In this document: positions 47,228-56,443 of the stretch, piece by piece
Numbering within the stretch: position 1 is the first letter of the stretch
Layout: each line of letters opens with the position of its first letter
Assembly (NCBI GenBank): GCA_041750285.1
Contig: JBGSZS010000004.1
Coordinates: 256,001 to 320,000 of the forward strand
From: Candidatus Fermentibacteraceae bacterium
GTDB taxonomy: Bacteria > Fermentibacterota > Fermentibacteria > Fermentibacterales > JCC-6
Direction: 5' to 3'
Length of the DNA stretch: 64,000 bases
Notes under the pieces: model-generated
Databases searched by the model: none
Told to the model about the DNA's origin: nothing
What the model saw: the letters and a program-made list of their open reading frames with translations, nothing else
Position numbers and translations under genes: made by a program

Positions 47228-47842
47228 CTATTCCTCCTTCAGGATTCCCGCTTTCCTGAGGTGTTTCATGACTTTCTCCACGGATTCCTCAGGGGTCTCG
47301 AGGTGGGTGTGCAGCACCAGCTCGGGGTTGACCGGCTCTTCGTAGGGCGCGTCGATCCCGGTGAACTCCCTTATCAGACCGAGCCTGGCCTTTTTGTAGA
47401 GCCCCTTGGGATCGCGTTCCTCCGCCACCGAAAGCGGTGCGTGGACGAAGACCTCTATGAAATCCCCCTTGCCCTGGATGTTCCTCGCCCTGTCCCTGTC
47501 GGAGGAGTACGGGCTTATGAAGGCCACCATGTTTATAATGCCGAAACTCGTGAGAAGCTTTGCAACCTCGGCGATCCTCCGGATGTTCTCGGTTCGTGCC
47601 TCGGGGCTGAAGCCCAGGTCGCAGTTGAGCCCGTGGCGGATGTTGTCGCCGTCGAGAACCGCTGTGTGAACTCCGTCCGTGTGCAGTCTTGCAGCGAGAA
47701 GGTCGGCCACCGTTGACTTGCCGCTTCCCGAGAGACCGGTGAGCCAGACGGTAGCGCCTTTGTGCCGGTTGAGGGCTTCCCGCTCGGGTCTGCCTATGGT
47801 CAGTTCCCTCCAGGTGACGTTGTGGTCGGGACAATCCTTCAC
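47228..47842 (-). CDS. cysC: Adenylyl-sulfate kinase
   Basis: WLTGLSGSGKST, LDGDNIRHGL..DLGFS, FISPY, RDPKGLY, FTGIDAPYE. Confidence 0.96.
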   Translation of the reverse strand: MKDCPDHNVTWRELTIGRPEREALNRHKGATVWLTGLSGSGKSTVADLLAARLHTDGVHTAVLDGDNIRHGLNCDLGFSPEARTENIRRIAEVAKLLTSFGIINMVAFISPYSSDRDRARNIQGKGDFIEVFVHAPLSVAEERDPKGLYKKARLGLIREFTGIDAPYEEPVNPELVLHTHLETPEESVEKVMKHLRKAGILKEE

Positions 47843-49140
47843 TTCGCTCCGCCTTCCCGCTCGAGACCTTCCACGGCCTGCTCGAGTTTGCCCGTGTCGA
47901 CGGCCCTGCCGGCCCTTGACGATGAAAGCGCCTTCAGAAGAGCCTCGAGGGGCATGAAGCCCGACCTCTTCACGAAGTGCGCGGCGCAAAGGAGCGAAGC
48001 GCTCCTTGCGCCAAGGGGCGCCCGGTAGTCCCTTGTGATCTGCTCCGCCCCGGACGCGGGCACATTCAGTGCCGAATCGATGAATATCATGCCGGCTCCC
48101 ATCTTCTCGAGCCGTGCGAGGGCCTTCTCACGCCCTTCGACCGAGGTCACCAGCGCGGCGTCGATGCCGGTGATGCCGGTGTAGTGAATCTCTTCGGTGG
48201 AGATGATGACCTCGGCAAGCGAGAAGCCCACTCCGACGGTCACGGGGTAGCTGCCCTTCTTGGTCACGTAAAGCCCGCAGGAGATCGCAGCCTGCGCAAG
48301 GAGTTCGGCAGTGGACTGCACCCCCTCGCCGGCCGACCCCGCCAGGATGATCGAAACCTTCCCGGAGAGTTCGTGGCCAAACTCGACCGCGGGGACGGGG
48401 ACATCATTCAGAAGGCTCTCGGTGTTGCCCCTCAACGTGGGGTGGAAGGGTTCGGCGGACTCGTTTCGCAGCAGTACGGGGGCGAGCCCCGATCCCTCGG
48501 TGATCTCTGCCAGCTTGCGGCCGGGGTTGAACTTGACGCCGTAGCTGGGACAGAGCTCGACGGCCTCGATGAGGGAAAAACCCCTGACCCTGAGAGCCTC
48601 TTCGAGAACGTCTGTCAGATCACCCGCTGCGATGATCCTGCGGGCGTAGGAAGCACCTATTCCGTGGACCATCTTCACGAGGTCCATGCCGCTGTCGGGT
48701 CTGCCTTCGGGCATCGTTGATGTCTTGAAACCGCAGGGGGTCAGACCCGAGGGCTGCCCTCCCGTCATCCCGTAGAGCATGTTGTTGTGAACGATCACCG
48801 TCATGTCGATGTTGCGGTGGGCTGCCTCGATGATGTGGTGAAGCCCGATGGTGGCGCCGCCGTCGCCCAGGAGCACCAGTATCTTCTTTTCCGGGTTCGA
48901 GAGCCCCATGGATATGCCGGTTGCGAGCGCCACCGACCTTCCGTGGAGGCCGTGCACCGTGTGTGCGTTGAACTGTTTGTCGATTATGCCAATGCAGCCG
49001 ATGTCGGTGACCACCACGAGATCAAGCGGCGTCAGGTGATCAAGCCTTTGAAGGGCCTTCTCGATGCTCCTCGCCAGAAGCCCGTGGCCGCAGCCCGAGC
49101 AGAACGGGAGGTTCTCGGTGGAAAGGAAGCCCTGGCTCAT
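47839..49140 (-). CDS. 2-oxoacid:ferredoxin oxidoreductase, fused beta+gamma subunit
   Basis: FCSGCGH, DIGC, HGR, GDGG...NN..YGMTGGQ (TPP), ELCP, then gamma-type AGSAGEGV...SY. Confidence 0.9.
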   Translation of the reverse strand: MSQGFLSTENLPFCSGCGHGLLARSIEKALQRLDHLTPLDLVVVTDIGCIGIIDKQFNAHTVHGLHGRSVALATGISMGLSNPEKKILVLLGDGGATIGLHHIIEAAHRNIDMTVIVHNNMLYGMTGGQPSGLTPCGFKTSTMPEGRPDSGMDLVKMVHGIGASYARRIIAAGDLTDVLEEALRVRGFSLIEAVELCPSYGVKFNPGRKLAEITEGSGLAPVLLRNESAEPFHPTLRGNTESLLNDVPVPAVEFGHELSGKVSIILAGSAGEGVQSTAELLAQAAISCGLYVTKKGSYPVTVGVGFSLAEVIISTEEIHYTGITGIDAALVTSVEGREKALARLEKMGAGMIFIDSALNVPASGAEQITRDYRAPLGARSASLLCAAHFVKRSGFMPLEALLKALSSSRAGRAVDTGKLEQAVEGLEREGGAK

Positions 49141-50243
49141 TTTTCCACCTCCGCTTCTATCTCGGTCGGCGATATGAGCCTTCCGATGCCGTTCACGCCT
49201 GACACGCCCTTCCTTCCGTTCTTCCCGAAGAGTATCTCCCTGTACTGGCCGCCCTGGTTCTCCTCGGCGATTATCACCCGGGAGTAGCCTTCCATGATCT
49301 TCAGGTAATCCGGCGGGACCGGGAACAAAGTCTTCGCGATAATTAGCGAGACGGGCTTCCCCTTCTTCGCAAGCGACGCCGCCGCCTCACGGGCGGCTGC
49401 GGCGGTGATGCCGAACGAGAAGATCAGTGTGTCCGGGTTGCGCTTGTCGTACTCGTATCGGGTGTACTCGTGAAGGTTGTGTTCCGTCTTGAAACGCAGC
49501 CTCCTGGTATTCTCCAGGGCCCCGGGGGTCGAGTGCTGGAGGCTGGCGTTACTCTCGTGGGTGCTTGCGGTGAGCCTGACCTGGTGTTCGATCCCCCCCA
49601 CCGGAAGGAACGGCGGCACACCGTCCGGACCGGCAGCGTAGGGCAGGTACGGTTCCGGGCCGCTGTAGTACTCGCGCTTAACCCTCTCCACCGGGCTGAC
49701 CCGGGAGAGGTCGTAGCTCTGAAGGGTCATCACCATCTCCTTGGAGGAGAGAAGGAAGACGGGACACCGGAGCCTGAGGGCGAGCTTCACTGCCTCGGCT
49801 GAGAGGTTGTAGCAGTCGTCGAGGTCGGAGGGGCACAGCGTGGGCACGGGCTGCCCGCCGGAGTTGATGCCGTGAAGCAGCGACAGGTCACCCTGGGCGC
49901 CGCAGGTGGCGGTTCCGGTGGCGGGGCCAAGCCTTTGAACCAGCATGATGACCATGGGAAGCTCCATCATGAAGGCCATCCCGATCGATTCGATCATCAG
50001 TGCCAGGCCGGGGTAGGAAGTGGCGGTGACCGGGAACCGGCCGGCGGCCGAGAACCCGCTCATCCACTGAAGCGTGGTGATCTCGTCAGGCGCCGGAAGG
50101 ACAATGGGGAAACGCCTGCTGGAGTAGGCGTAGAGAAGGTTCGCCGGGGTTATGGGGTACCCCACGAACACCTCGGCGCCGGCCTGCACCGCCGCTTCGA
50201 TCATGAGCCTGGAGCCGTCTATGAAGGCCGTCTGCTTCCCCAT
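49137..50243 (-). CDS. 2-oxoacid:ferredoxin oxidoreductase alpha subunit
   Basis: GYPITP, DEI, TATSYPG, QRLGPATG, QGD, EENQG. Confidence 0.9.
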   Translation of the reverse strand: MGKQTAFIDGSRLMIEAAVQAGAEVFVGYPITPANLLYAYSSRRFPIVLPAPDEITTLQWMSGFSAAGRFPVTATSYPGLALMIESIGMAFMMELPMVIMLVQRLGPATGTATCGAQGDLSLLHGINSGGQPVPTLCPSDLDDCYNLSAEAVKLALRLRCPVFLLSSKEMVMTLQSYDLSRVSPVERVKREYYSGPEPYLPYAAGPDGVPPFLPVGGIEHQVRLTASTHESNASLQHSTPGALENTRRLRFKTEHNLHEYTRYEYDKRNPDTLIFSFGITAAAAREAAASLAKKGKPVSLIIAKTLFPVPPDYLKIMEGYSRVIIAEENQGGQYREILFGKNGRKGVSGVNGIGRLISPTEIEAEVEK

Positions 50244-50244
50244 G

Positions 50245-51669
50245 TCACGCCTTCCTCCTGAACAGCCTGTCACCCAGCGAGGAGAGAAGGATGACGACAA
50301 GCGTGGTGATCACGGCGCCGTAGGTCTTGTCCATCTCGAACCATCCCCGCTGCTGGGCGAGCATCGTGAAGAAAATGGCAATCGTTCCGATGATGAACGA
50401 GAGCTTGACGCCCAGCGGGGTGACCAGCTTGCGGGAATAGAGGCCCGTTACGATCACGATGGCCCCTATGGCCCTGATGGCGTAGGAGATGTACGCAGTG
50501 TCAAGCACCGCGCCCTTGAGGAAGATGGCCATGGGAACCGTGAGGACGCTCACGAGGATGACGAGCTTCCGGGCCGTGGAGATGATCTTCGCGTCATCGG
50601 CCTTCTTGTTGATGATGCCGTGGTAGATGTCCTTAGCGGCTATCGTCACCACGGCGAAGTTCACCGGGCCAACCGTGGAGAGGATGGCAGCAAGGACACC
50701 CGCCAGGGCCAACCCGCCAAGCACGGGGTGGATGAAGGCGGGGGTCTGAAGAAGGGTGGGAAGCGCAGTCTTGGCAGTCACTTCAACACCCTCGGGGATG
50801 AAAAGCCCGGTCCGGGCGTAAAGGCCCAGGAATGCAGTCATCACGCCGAATGGCGCAACGATGAGACCCGCGAGCATGGAAGCCTTCCGTGCCGTCTTGA
50901 CGTCCTTGGCGGCGAACACGGGCTGTATGCTTGCCTGGGCAGCCATGCCGCCCAGAAGCCCGCCCACCAGAAGCGCTACTGCGGCGTTGGTGCCGGCGCT
51001 GAAGGGGTTGTAAAGGTTGTGGGGGGCGCCGAGGGAGATCAGCGTATCGGAGAGCCCCGAGAAGCCCCCGACCTTGCCCAGTCCGATGAAGAAGGCTATC
51101 CCGAGCCCCACGAACATCGTGACCAGGTACAGGATGCCGGTTATGGCGAGTGCGTGCATGCCGCCCATGTAGGTGTAGATCATGATAAGGCCCGCCGAGA
51201 TCACCACGGCCCAGTTCCAGCTGACCCCGAAAAGGGGCGCCATGACACTGGCGCAGGTCTGGAGCTGAACGTAGGCGAGGGTGATGTAGGCGATGAGGAA
51301 GGCCACTGCGCTGATCGAGCGCGCCTGGCTTCCGAAGAGGGTCTCGATCATCTCGCTGACGGTGTGGACGTCCTTCCGGCGGTAGTGGGCCGCCACGGTG
51401 AACCCTATAACCACCATGCCTATGGCCGTTGAGATGTTGTAGAAGATGGGCTGCAGTGAAAGGGTGTTGAACGCCCTCTCGCTGACGCCGATGGTGCTCA
51501 TCCCCCCAAGCCATTCGGCAGCCACCACCACGGCGCAGACCATGGTGCCGAGGTTCCTTCCCGCAACCAGGTAATCGCTTGCGGACTTGCTGGCAACCTT
51601 CCGGGTGAGAAGGCCCATGCCCACCACCAGGACGAAATAGCCAAGGATGATCATGGCATAGATGTTCAT
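50245..51669 (-). CDS. Sodium:solute symporter family protein
   Basis: DYLVAGR, AEWLGG, YTYMGG, AAILST; about 13 TM helices. Confidence 0.92.
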   Translation of the reverse strand: MNIYAMIILGYFVLVVGMGLLTRKVASKSASDYLVAGRNLGTMVCAVVVAAEWLGGMSTIGVSERAFNTLSLQPIFYNISTAIGMVVIGFTVAAHYRRKDVHTVSEMIETLFGSQARSISAVAFLIAYITLAYVQLQTCASVMAPLFGVSWNWAVVISAGLIMIYTYMGGMHALAITGILYLVTMFVGLGIAFFIGLGKVGGFSGLSDTLISLGAPHNLYNPFSAGTNAAVALLVGGLLGGMAAQASIQPVFAAKDVKTARKASMLAGLIVAPFGVMTAFLGLYARTGLFIPEGVEVTAKTALPTLLQTPAFIHPVLGGLALAGVLAAILSTVGPVNFAVVTIAAKDIYHGIINKKADDAKIISTARKLVILVSVLTVPMAIFLKGAVLDTAYISYAIRAIGAIVIVTGLYSRKLVTPLGVKLSFIIGTIAIFFTMLAQQRGWFEMDKTYGAVITTLVVILLSSLGDRLFRRKA

Positions 51670-51701
51670 TTGCCCCGCCTTGCTGTGTTAAAAAACGAAC
51701 A

Positions 51702-52631
51702 TTAGTTCCGTGAAAGTGTTCTTCCTTCGGCAATGGCCCTTGCCATTGCCATTGAGTTCAAGCGGTTCCTGCCGTCGTCGGAACGTGAGTTAAGAACCGC
51801 AGGAACCCTGGCCCCGAAAACCAGCCCGCCCCATGAGGCCCCGCCGTGGAACTTGTAGCTTTTGCCCAGCGAGTTGGCGGTCTCGAGGTTGGGGGCCAGA
51901 ATCATGTCGGGCATCCCGCAGACGGCTGAGCCGGACATGCCCTTGGTTGCGGCGCACTCGGAGGAGATCAGGGCGTCGTAACCGAGCGGACCCTCGACCG
52001 TAAAGCCCTTGAGCTGCCCACGGAGGGACATCACCGAAAGGGCTGCGGCGTCGACCGTAGCCTGCATCTTGGGGTTCACCGTCTCGACGGCGGCCAGTGC
52101 CGCCACCAGTACGGGTTTCACACCCAGTGCGTTCCAGAGGGGTCTTGTGTTCTCGATGACCGCCGCCTTCTCGGCAAGGGTGGGAAGGATGAGGATGGCG
52201 TTGTCGGTCATGGCCAGAAGCTTGGGGTACGAGGGCATCTCGAAAAGGCTGAGATTCGAGAGGACGGAAGAAGCCCTGATGCCGTTCTCCGAATCGAGGA
52301 TGGCCTTGATGTACGCCTCGGACTTCACGCTGCCCTTCACGAGGATGAGCGCTCCGTCATCACGAACCGCCCTCACCGCGAGGGCGCTCATCTGCTGGTC
52401 GGTTGCAGCGGGGATGATCTCGTACATCGAAGGGTCGTCACCCGAGAGGGCAACGGCCTTCGAAACGGCGTCACCGGGACCGGTGAGGAAGCACTTGCCG
52501 ATGAACCCCAGTTCGTGGCCCTCACGAAGGCTTGCCATCACGCGGTCATCCGCGGCGCCGGCCACGGCAACGGGCACCGGGGGAAGCCCCGAAACGGCGT
52601 CTATCAACTCCTGAAAGCTGCTGATGCTCAT
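51702..52631 (-). CDS. ptb: Phosphate acyltransferase (Ptb-like)
   Basis: VAVAGA, LVKG, AAVETVNPKMQATVDAA, VEGPL, GARVP..LNSRSD. Confidence 0.85.
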   Translation of the reverse strand: MSISSFQELIDAVSGLPPVPVAVAGAADDRVMASLREGHELGFIGKCFLTGPGDAVSKAVALSGDDPSMYEIIPAATDQQMSALAVRAVRDDGALILVKGSVKSEAYIKAILDSENGIRASSVLSNLSLFEMPSYPKLLAMTDNAILILPTLAEKAAVIENTRPLWNALGVKPVLVAALAAVETVNPKMQATVDAAALSVMSLRGQLKGFTVEGPLGYDALISSECAATKGMSGSAVCGMPDMILAPNLETANSLGKSYKFHGGASWGGLVFGARVPAVLNSRSDDGRNRLNSMAMARAIAEGRTLSRN

Positions 52632-52647
52632 CTTTCCTCCAAAAGAA

Positions 52648-53814
52648 TCACCCGGTCACCGGGCTGAAGATTCCCTGCGGGTCCCTGAACGGATGAAGCG
52701 GGTCTATCTCCCGTTCGGACAGGATGCACCCCGGCCACGAGAGGGGAGCCTCGGTTCCCCGCAGCACCCTCTGGATGCTTGCGGCGATGGCCTCGTTCTC
52801 GTTCTCGCCCGGGTAAAGGTAAACGGGCGCCACCCTTCCGCACTTGCGAACGATCTCAGAGGAGAGGTGCGCGGCATTCGCCACGCCACCGGTGACCACT
52901 ATCCCGTGAAGGTCGAAATCCAGCACCGAGGCCATGGCCCCTATCTCCTTCACGATCTGGTAGATCATGGCGTCGTAGATGAACGCGGCGAAGGAATCGC
53001 CCGATTCCGCGCGGCGAACCATCTCCCTGATGTTCTTGGTTCCCAGGTAGGCGTAGACGCCGCCTGCGCCGTAGAGCTTCCTGTAGAGCTGGTCGCGGGT
53101 GTACCGCCCCGAGAAGCACGCCTCGAGCAGAGGAATGGGGGGTATGCCGCCGGCCCTCTCCGGGGTGAACGGAGCTCCCTCCATCCTGTTGTCGCTGTCG
53201 ATGATCCTTCCGCCCACGACAGGGGCTATCGAATAGCCGCCGCCCAGATGGCAGGCCACGCACCTGATCTCTTCGAAATCAAGGGAAAGCTCCCTGGCCA
53301 GCTTGCGCACCGTGGCCCTGATGTTCAGGGCGTGAACGAAGGAAAACCGGGGGAAGTCGGGCGCCCCCGAGATGCGTGCGATGGGGGCCATCTCGTCAAC
53401 ACCCACTGGGTCGACGACGAATGACGGCACACCAAGGGTTCCGGCCAGGCGGAACGAAAGCGGTGCGCCAAGGTTGGACGCGTGCTGGTAAACCGGCGTG
53501 TGAAGGCTGAAGTCCGCAAGCTCGTCGTTAAGGGCGATGACACCGCTTGGAACCGGGGGAAGCATGCCCCCCAGGGCGCCGACTGCCGAAACGACGGCTC
53601 CGGGTGGAAGGTTTTCGGTGAAGAAGCGCCTGACCAGCTCTTCGCGGTAGTCGACCTGAGCGCTGATGGAGCTGAACCGGTGGACCATGTCATCGGGGTG
53701 CTCGATGGTGCTGGACACCACGTGACAGGGTTCGAGGGCACCCTCATCCCGGTAGACCGAACACTTGGTCGTGGTTGAGCCGGTGTTCATAACGAGTATC
53801 AATTCGCCGGTCAC
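52648..53814 (-). CDS. buk: Butyrate kinase family protein (divergent)
   Basis: NTGSTTTK, HASNLG, DPV.VDE, HALN, HLGGG, PER.G, TGG, PGENE. GTG start with a GGGAGG RBS. Confidence 0.88.
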   Translation of the reverse strand: MTGELILVMNTGSTTTKCSVYRDEGALEPCHVVSSTIEHPDDMVHRFSSISAQVDYREELVRRFFTENLPPGAVVSAVGALGGMLPPVPSGVIALNDELADFSLHTPVYQHASNLGAPLSFRLAGTLGVPSFVVDPVGVDEMAPIARISGAPDFPRFSFVHALNIRATVRKLARELSLDFEEIRCVACHLGGGYSIAPVVGGRIIDSDNRMEGAPFTPERAGGIPPIPLLEACFSGRYTRDQLYRKLYGAGGVYAYLGTKNIREMVRRAESGDSFAAFIYDAMIYQIVKEIGAMASVLDFDLHGIVVTGGVANAAHLSSEIVRKCGRVAPVYLYPGENENEAIAASIQRVLRGTEAPLSWPGCILSEREIDPLHPFRDPQGIFSPVTG

Positions 53815-53946
53815 CGATACCTCCCGACACCGCCAAATGGCGAAAAAATGCTGTTGCGGCTGAAAAAGTGGAATTTTTGAATGGCGGTAATATGTTAGTT
53901 CACAGGCCGGGAAGCATTCCCGAACCGGAAATGAAAGGAAAAGGCA

Positions 53947-54906
53947 ATGATCGACCGCAGCGACATAAGGGAAGAACTGAAGAACTGTCTGGTGGAAACC
54001 ACAGCTCTGGGACTCCCCAACGGCCGCAAGGGCAAGGTCCGTGACATCTACGACCTTGGCGACAGGCTCCTCCTGATAACTACGGACAGGCAGAGCGCGT
54101 TTGACAGGGTGCTGGCGGCCGTACCCTTCAAGGGACAGGTCCTGAACATGGTGAGCGCGTGGTGGTTCGAGCGCACCAGGCACATCGTCCAGAACCATGT
54201 CATCAAAATCCCCCACCCCAACGCCACGCTGGCGAAAAAGCTCGATGTCTTCCCGGTGGAGTTCGTCATGAGGGGCTACCTCACGGGAAGTACGAGCACC
54301 AGCGCCTGGACCCTCTACAACAACGGGGAACGGAACCTCGGAGGCAACATCCTTCCCGACGGCATGAGGAAGAACCAGAGGTTCCCCGAACCCATAATCA
54401 CCCCCACAACGAAGAGCGACGTGCACGACGAGTCCATCACCCCCGAAGGGATACTGGAAACCGGCCTGATGAGCCGGGAGGACTGGGAGAAGGCTTCGGG
54501 CATCGCCTTCAGCCTCTTCCGCTTCGGCATGGAAACCGCACGGAGGAACGGCCTTATCCTGGTCGACACCAAGTACGAGATGGGAAAGACCGAAAGCGGC
54601 GAGATCGTCCTCATCGACGAGATCCACACGCCTGACAGCTCAAGGTACTGGCTTGCCGAAGGCTACGAAGAGCGCTTCGAGAAGGGGCTCGATCCCGAGA
54701 ACATCGACAAGGAGTTCCTCAGGCTCTGGTTCCGCGACAACTGCGACCCCTACAACGACGCCGTTCTCCCCGAAGCCCCCGAGGAACTCGTCGTCGAGCT
54801 TTCCTCACGGTACATCAAGCTCTTCGAGATGATAACCGGCAACGAGTTCAAACCCATGAAGGGGAACCTTATCGAGAGCCTTGGAGAGGCCGTGAAGACT
54901 ATCTGA
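53947..54906 (+). CDS. purC: SAICAR synthase (long type)
   Basis: GKVRDIY, TDRQSAFD, KGQVL, VEFVMRGY, TPTTK, LVDTKYE, DEIHTPDSSRYW, DKEFLR. Confidence 0.96.
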   Translation: MIDRSDIREELKNCLVETTALGLPNGRKGKVRDIYDLGDRLLLITTDRQSAFDRVLAAVPFKGQVLNMVSAWWFERTRHIVQNHVIKIPHPNATLAKKLDVFPVEFVMRGYLTGSTSTSAWTLYNNGERNLGGNILPDGMRKNQRFPEPIITPTTKSDVHDESITPEGILETGLMSREDWEKASGIAFSLFRFGMETARRNGLILVDTKYEMGKTESGEIVLIDEIHTPDSSRYWLAEGYEERFEKGLDPENIDKEFLRLWFRDNCDPYNDAVLPEAPEELVVELSSRYIKLFEMITGNEFKPMKGNLIESLGEAVKTI

Positions 54907-56236
54907 GGAAGACAACCCTCTCCGAAGCCCTTACCTCTCCGGCTGACAGCACGACGATGTACTGGCCCGAGGGCAGTGAAGACTCGGGCCACCAGACAAG
55001 CGTGTGGTCACCTGCAGCGAGGTGACCCGGCCGGATTGCTGACACGACCCTTCCCGACATGTCGAACACCGTAAGCCCTGCGTTCGAATCACCGGGCAGC
55101 GTGAAGGAAATGACAAGGCTGCCCGTGAAGGGCGTCGGGCTGACCCTGAGGGCCGAAGGGGCTGCGAAGGGACCGCCCCACCCAACCCCCGAGGGCTGGT
55201 CGTTGTGGGCGTATTGCACTCCTTCGTAACAGAAGACGATGTGAGGCGTTGTCTGCTGGTCTATGGCCAGGTCCGGATCACCGCTGTTCCAGCTCGAGGA
55301 GACGGGGTGTACGAACTCGGTCTGCCAGCCGCCGCCCTGGTTCACGGAATACATCAGGGAGTCACCCCCGGCGCAGCAGTGGGCTATGTGAGGGTATCCA
55401 TACTGGTCGAGAGCCAGTGATGTTCCGTAGGTGTGTATTCCCGTATCGGTTGCGTATACGGTCTGGATGGTCCAGGCCGAGCCGTCGTATTCAGCGTACC
55501 TGACCTCGCCGTCGGCGCTGTAAGACACTCTGGGGTGACCGTTACCGTCAATTGCCAGGCTTGTTCCGATGGGTTCTGAACTCATTGAAGAGTCGATGGT
55601 GTATGTCTCCCAGGACCCGGCGCCTTCACGGCGTGCATACCGGACTGCATTGTCCGGTTCGAAACCGCAGTACGCTATGTGCACGTTGCCGCTCTGATCA
55701 ATGGCCATTGAGTTGCATGCTCCGGCATCGATGGACTGGTCCACTATCTGCTGGGTCCATGCAGAGCCGTTCCACGAGACGAAGTAAAGCTTCTCCTGGC
55801 TGGAATACCATGCGATGCATGGGTACCCTTCGGGGGTCAGGGCGATGGATGTCCAACTGCCGTAAAACGCGTACGAGAAGTACTCGACTGTCCAGCTTCT
55901 TTCTTCGGGGTTCATGACAGCGTAGCAGATGACTCCACTACCCCCCGCGAAGGAAACGTGCGGCACACCCTGCTGGTCGAACGCCAGTCCGGTATAGCCG
56001 CAACCTCCGTAAGGGGACTGGTAGATGTTCTCCTCGCTCCAGGAAGTACCGTCAAAGGTTGCGTACTTGATGTAGGGATCCCTTGCGTAGACAACGCTGG
56101 GATCGCCATTGCTGTCGATGGCAATGGATGGTGTGACACCACTTGTGTTGACCGTGCGGAAAGACCACTCCGCCCTGGCCTGGAAAGCGGCACCCGAGAG
56201 AAGGACCACCAGCAGAATTGCTCTGAACACGGCCAT
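54899..56236 (-). CDS. Secreted seven-repeat beta-propeller protein with C-terminal sorting-type domain
   Basis: Signal peptide; 7 repeats of about S-L-A-I-D-x-x-G-x-P-H-I-x-Y; C-terminal PTPF...FDMSGRVV...LPSGQY. Confidence 0.8.
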   Translation of the reverse strand: MAVFRAILLVVLLSGAAFQARAEWSFRTVNTSGVTPSIAIDSNGDPSVVYARDPYIKYATFDGTSWSEENIYQSPYGGCGYTGLAFDQQGVPHVSFAGGSGVICYAVMNPEERSWTVEYFSYAFYGSWTSIALTPEGYPCIAWYSSQEKLYFVSWNGSAWTQQIVDQSIDAGACNSMAIDQSGNVHIAYCGFEPDNAVRYARREGAGSWETYTIDSSMSSEPIGTSLAIDGNGHPRVSYSADGEVRYAEYDGSAWTIQTVYATDTGIHTYGTSLALDQYGYPHIAHCCAGGDSLMYSVNQGGGWQTEFVHPVSSSWNSGDPDLAIDQQTTPHIVFCYEGVQYAHNDQPSGVGWGGPFAAPSALRVSPTPFTGSLVISFTLPGDSNAGLTVFDMSGRVVSAIRPGHLAAGDHTLVWWPESSLPSGQYIVVLSAGEVRASERVVFLR

Positions 56237-56443
56237 GACCTCCCTGTCGGACGAATGGTGCAAACAATTATACGCTTATCTCTCGTTACCATAGCCGCCT
56301 TGCGCAATGGGGTCAAGACATTCAGGCGAAGCAGGGAACCGCAGTGAACTGCTTGCCCGTACGGGCTGCATTGCATATAACGTGCGGATGGCTTTCGCGA
56401 ACCGCGCCCTTGCCAGGAGCATTGCTGAAAAGGTAATCCGAGT

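Noticed and set aside
53820..53946. Purine riboswitch or Rex box between buk and purC
   Set aside because: No riboswitch core is recognisable, and only a TTCACA half-site is present.
53815..54627. Apparent 270-aa N-terminal extension of buk
   Set aside because: It is the antisense of purC plus intergenic DNA; the real start is the GTG at 53814 with a GGGAGG RBS.
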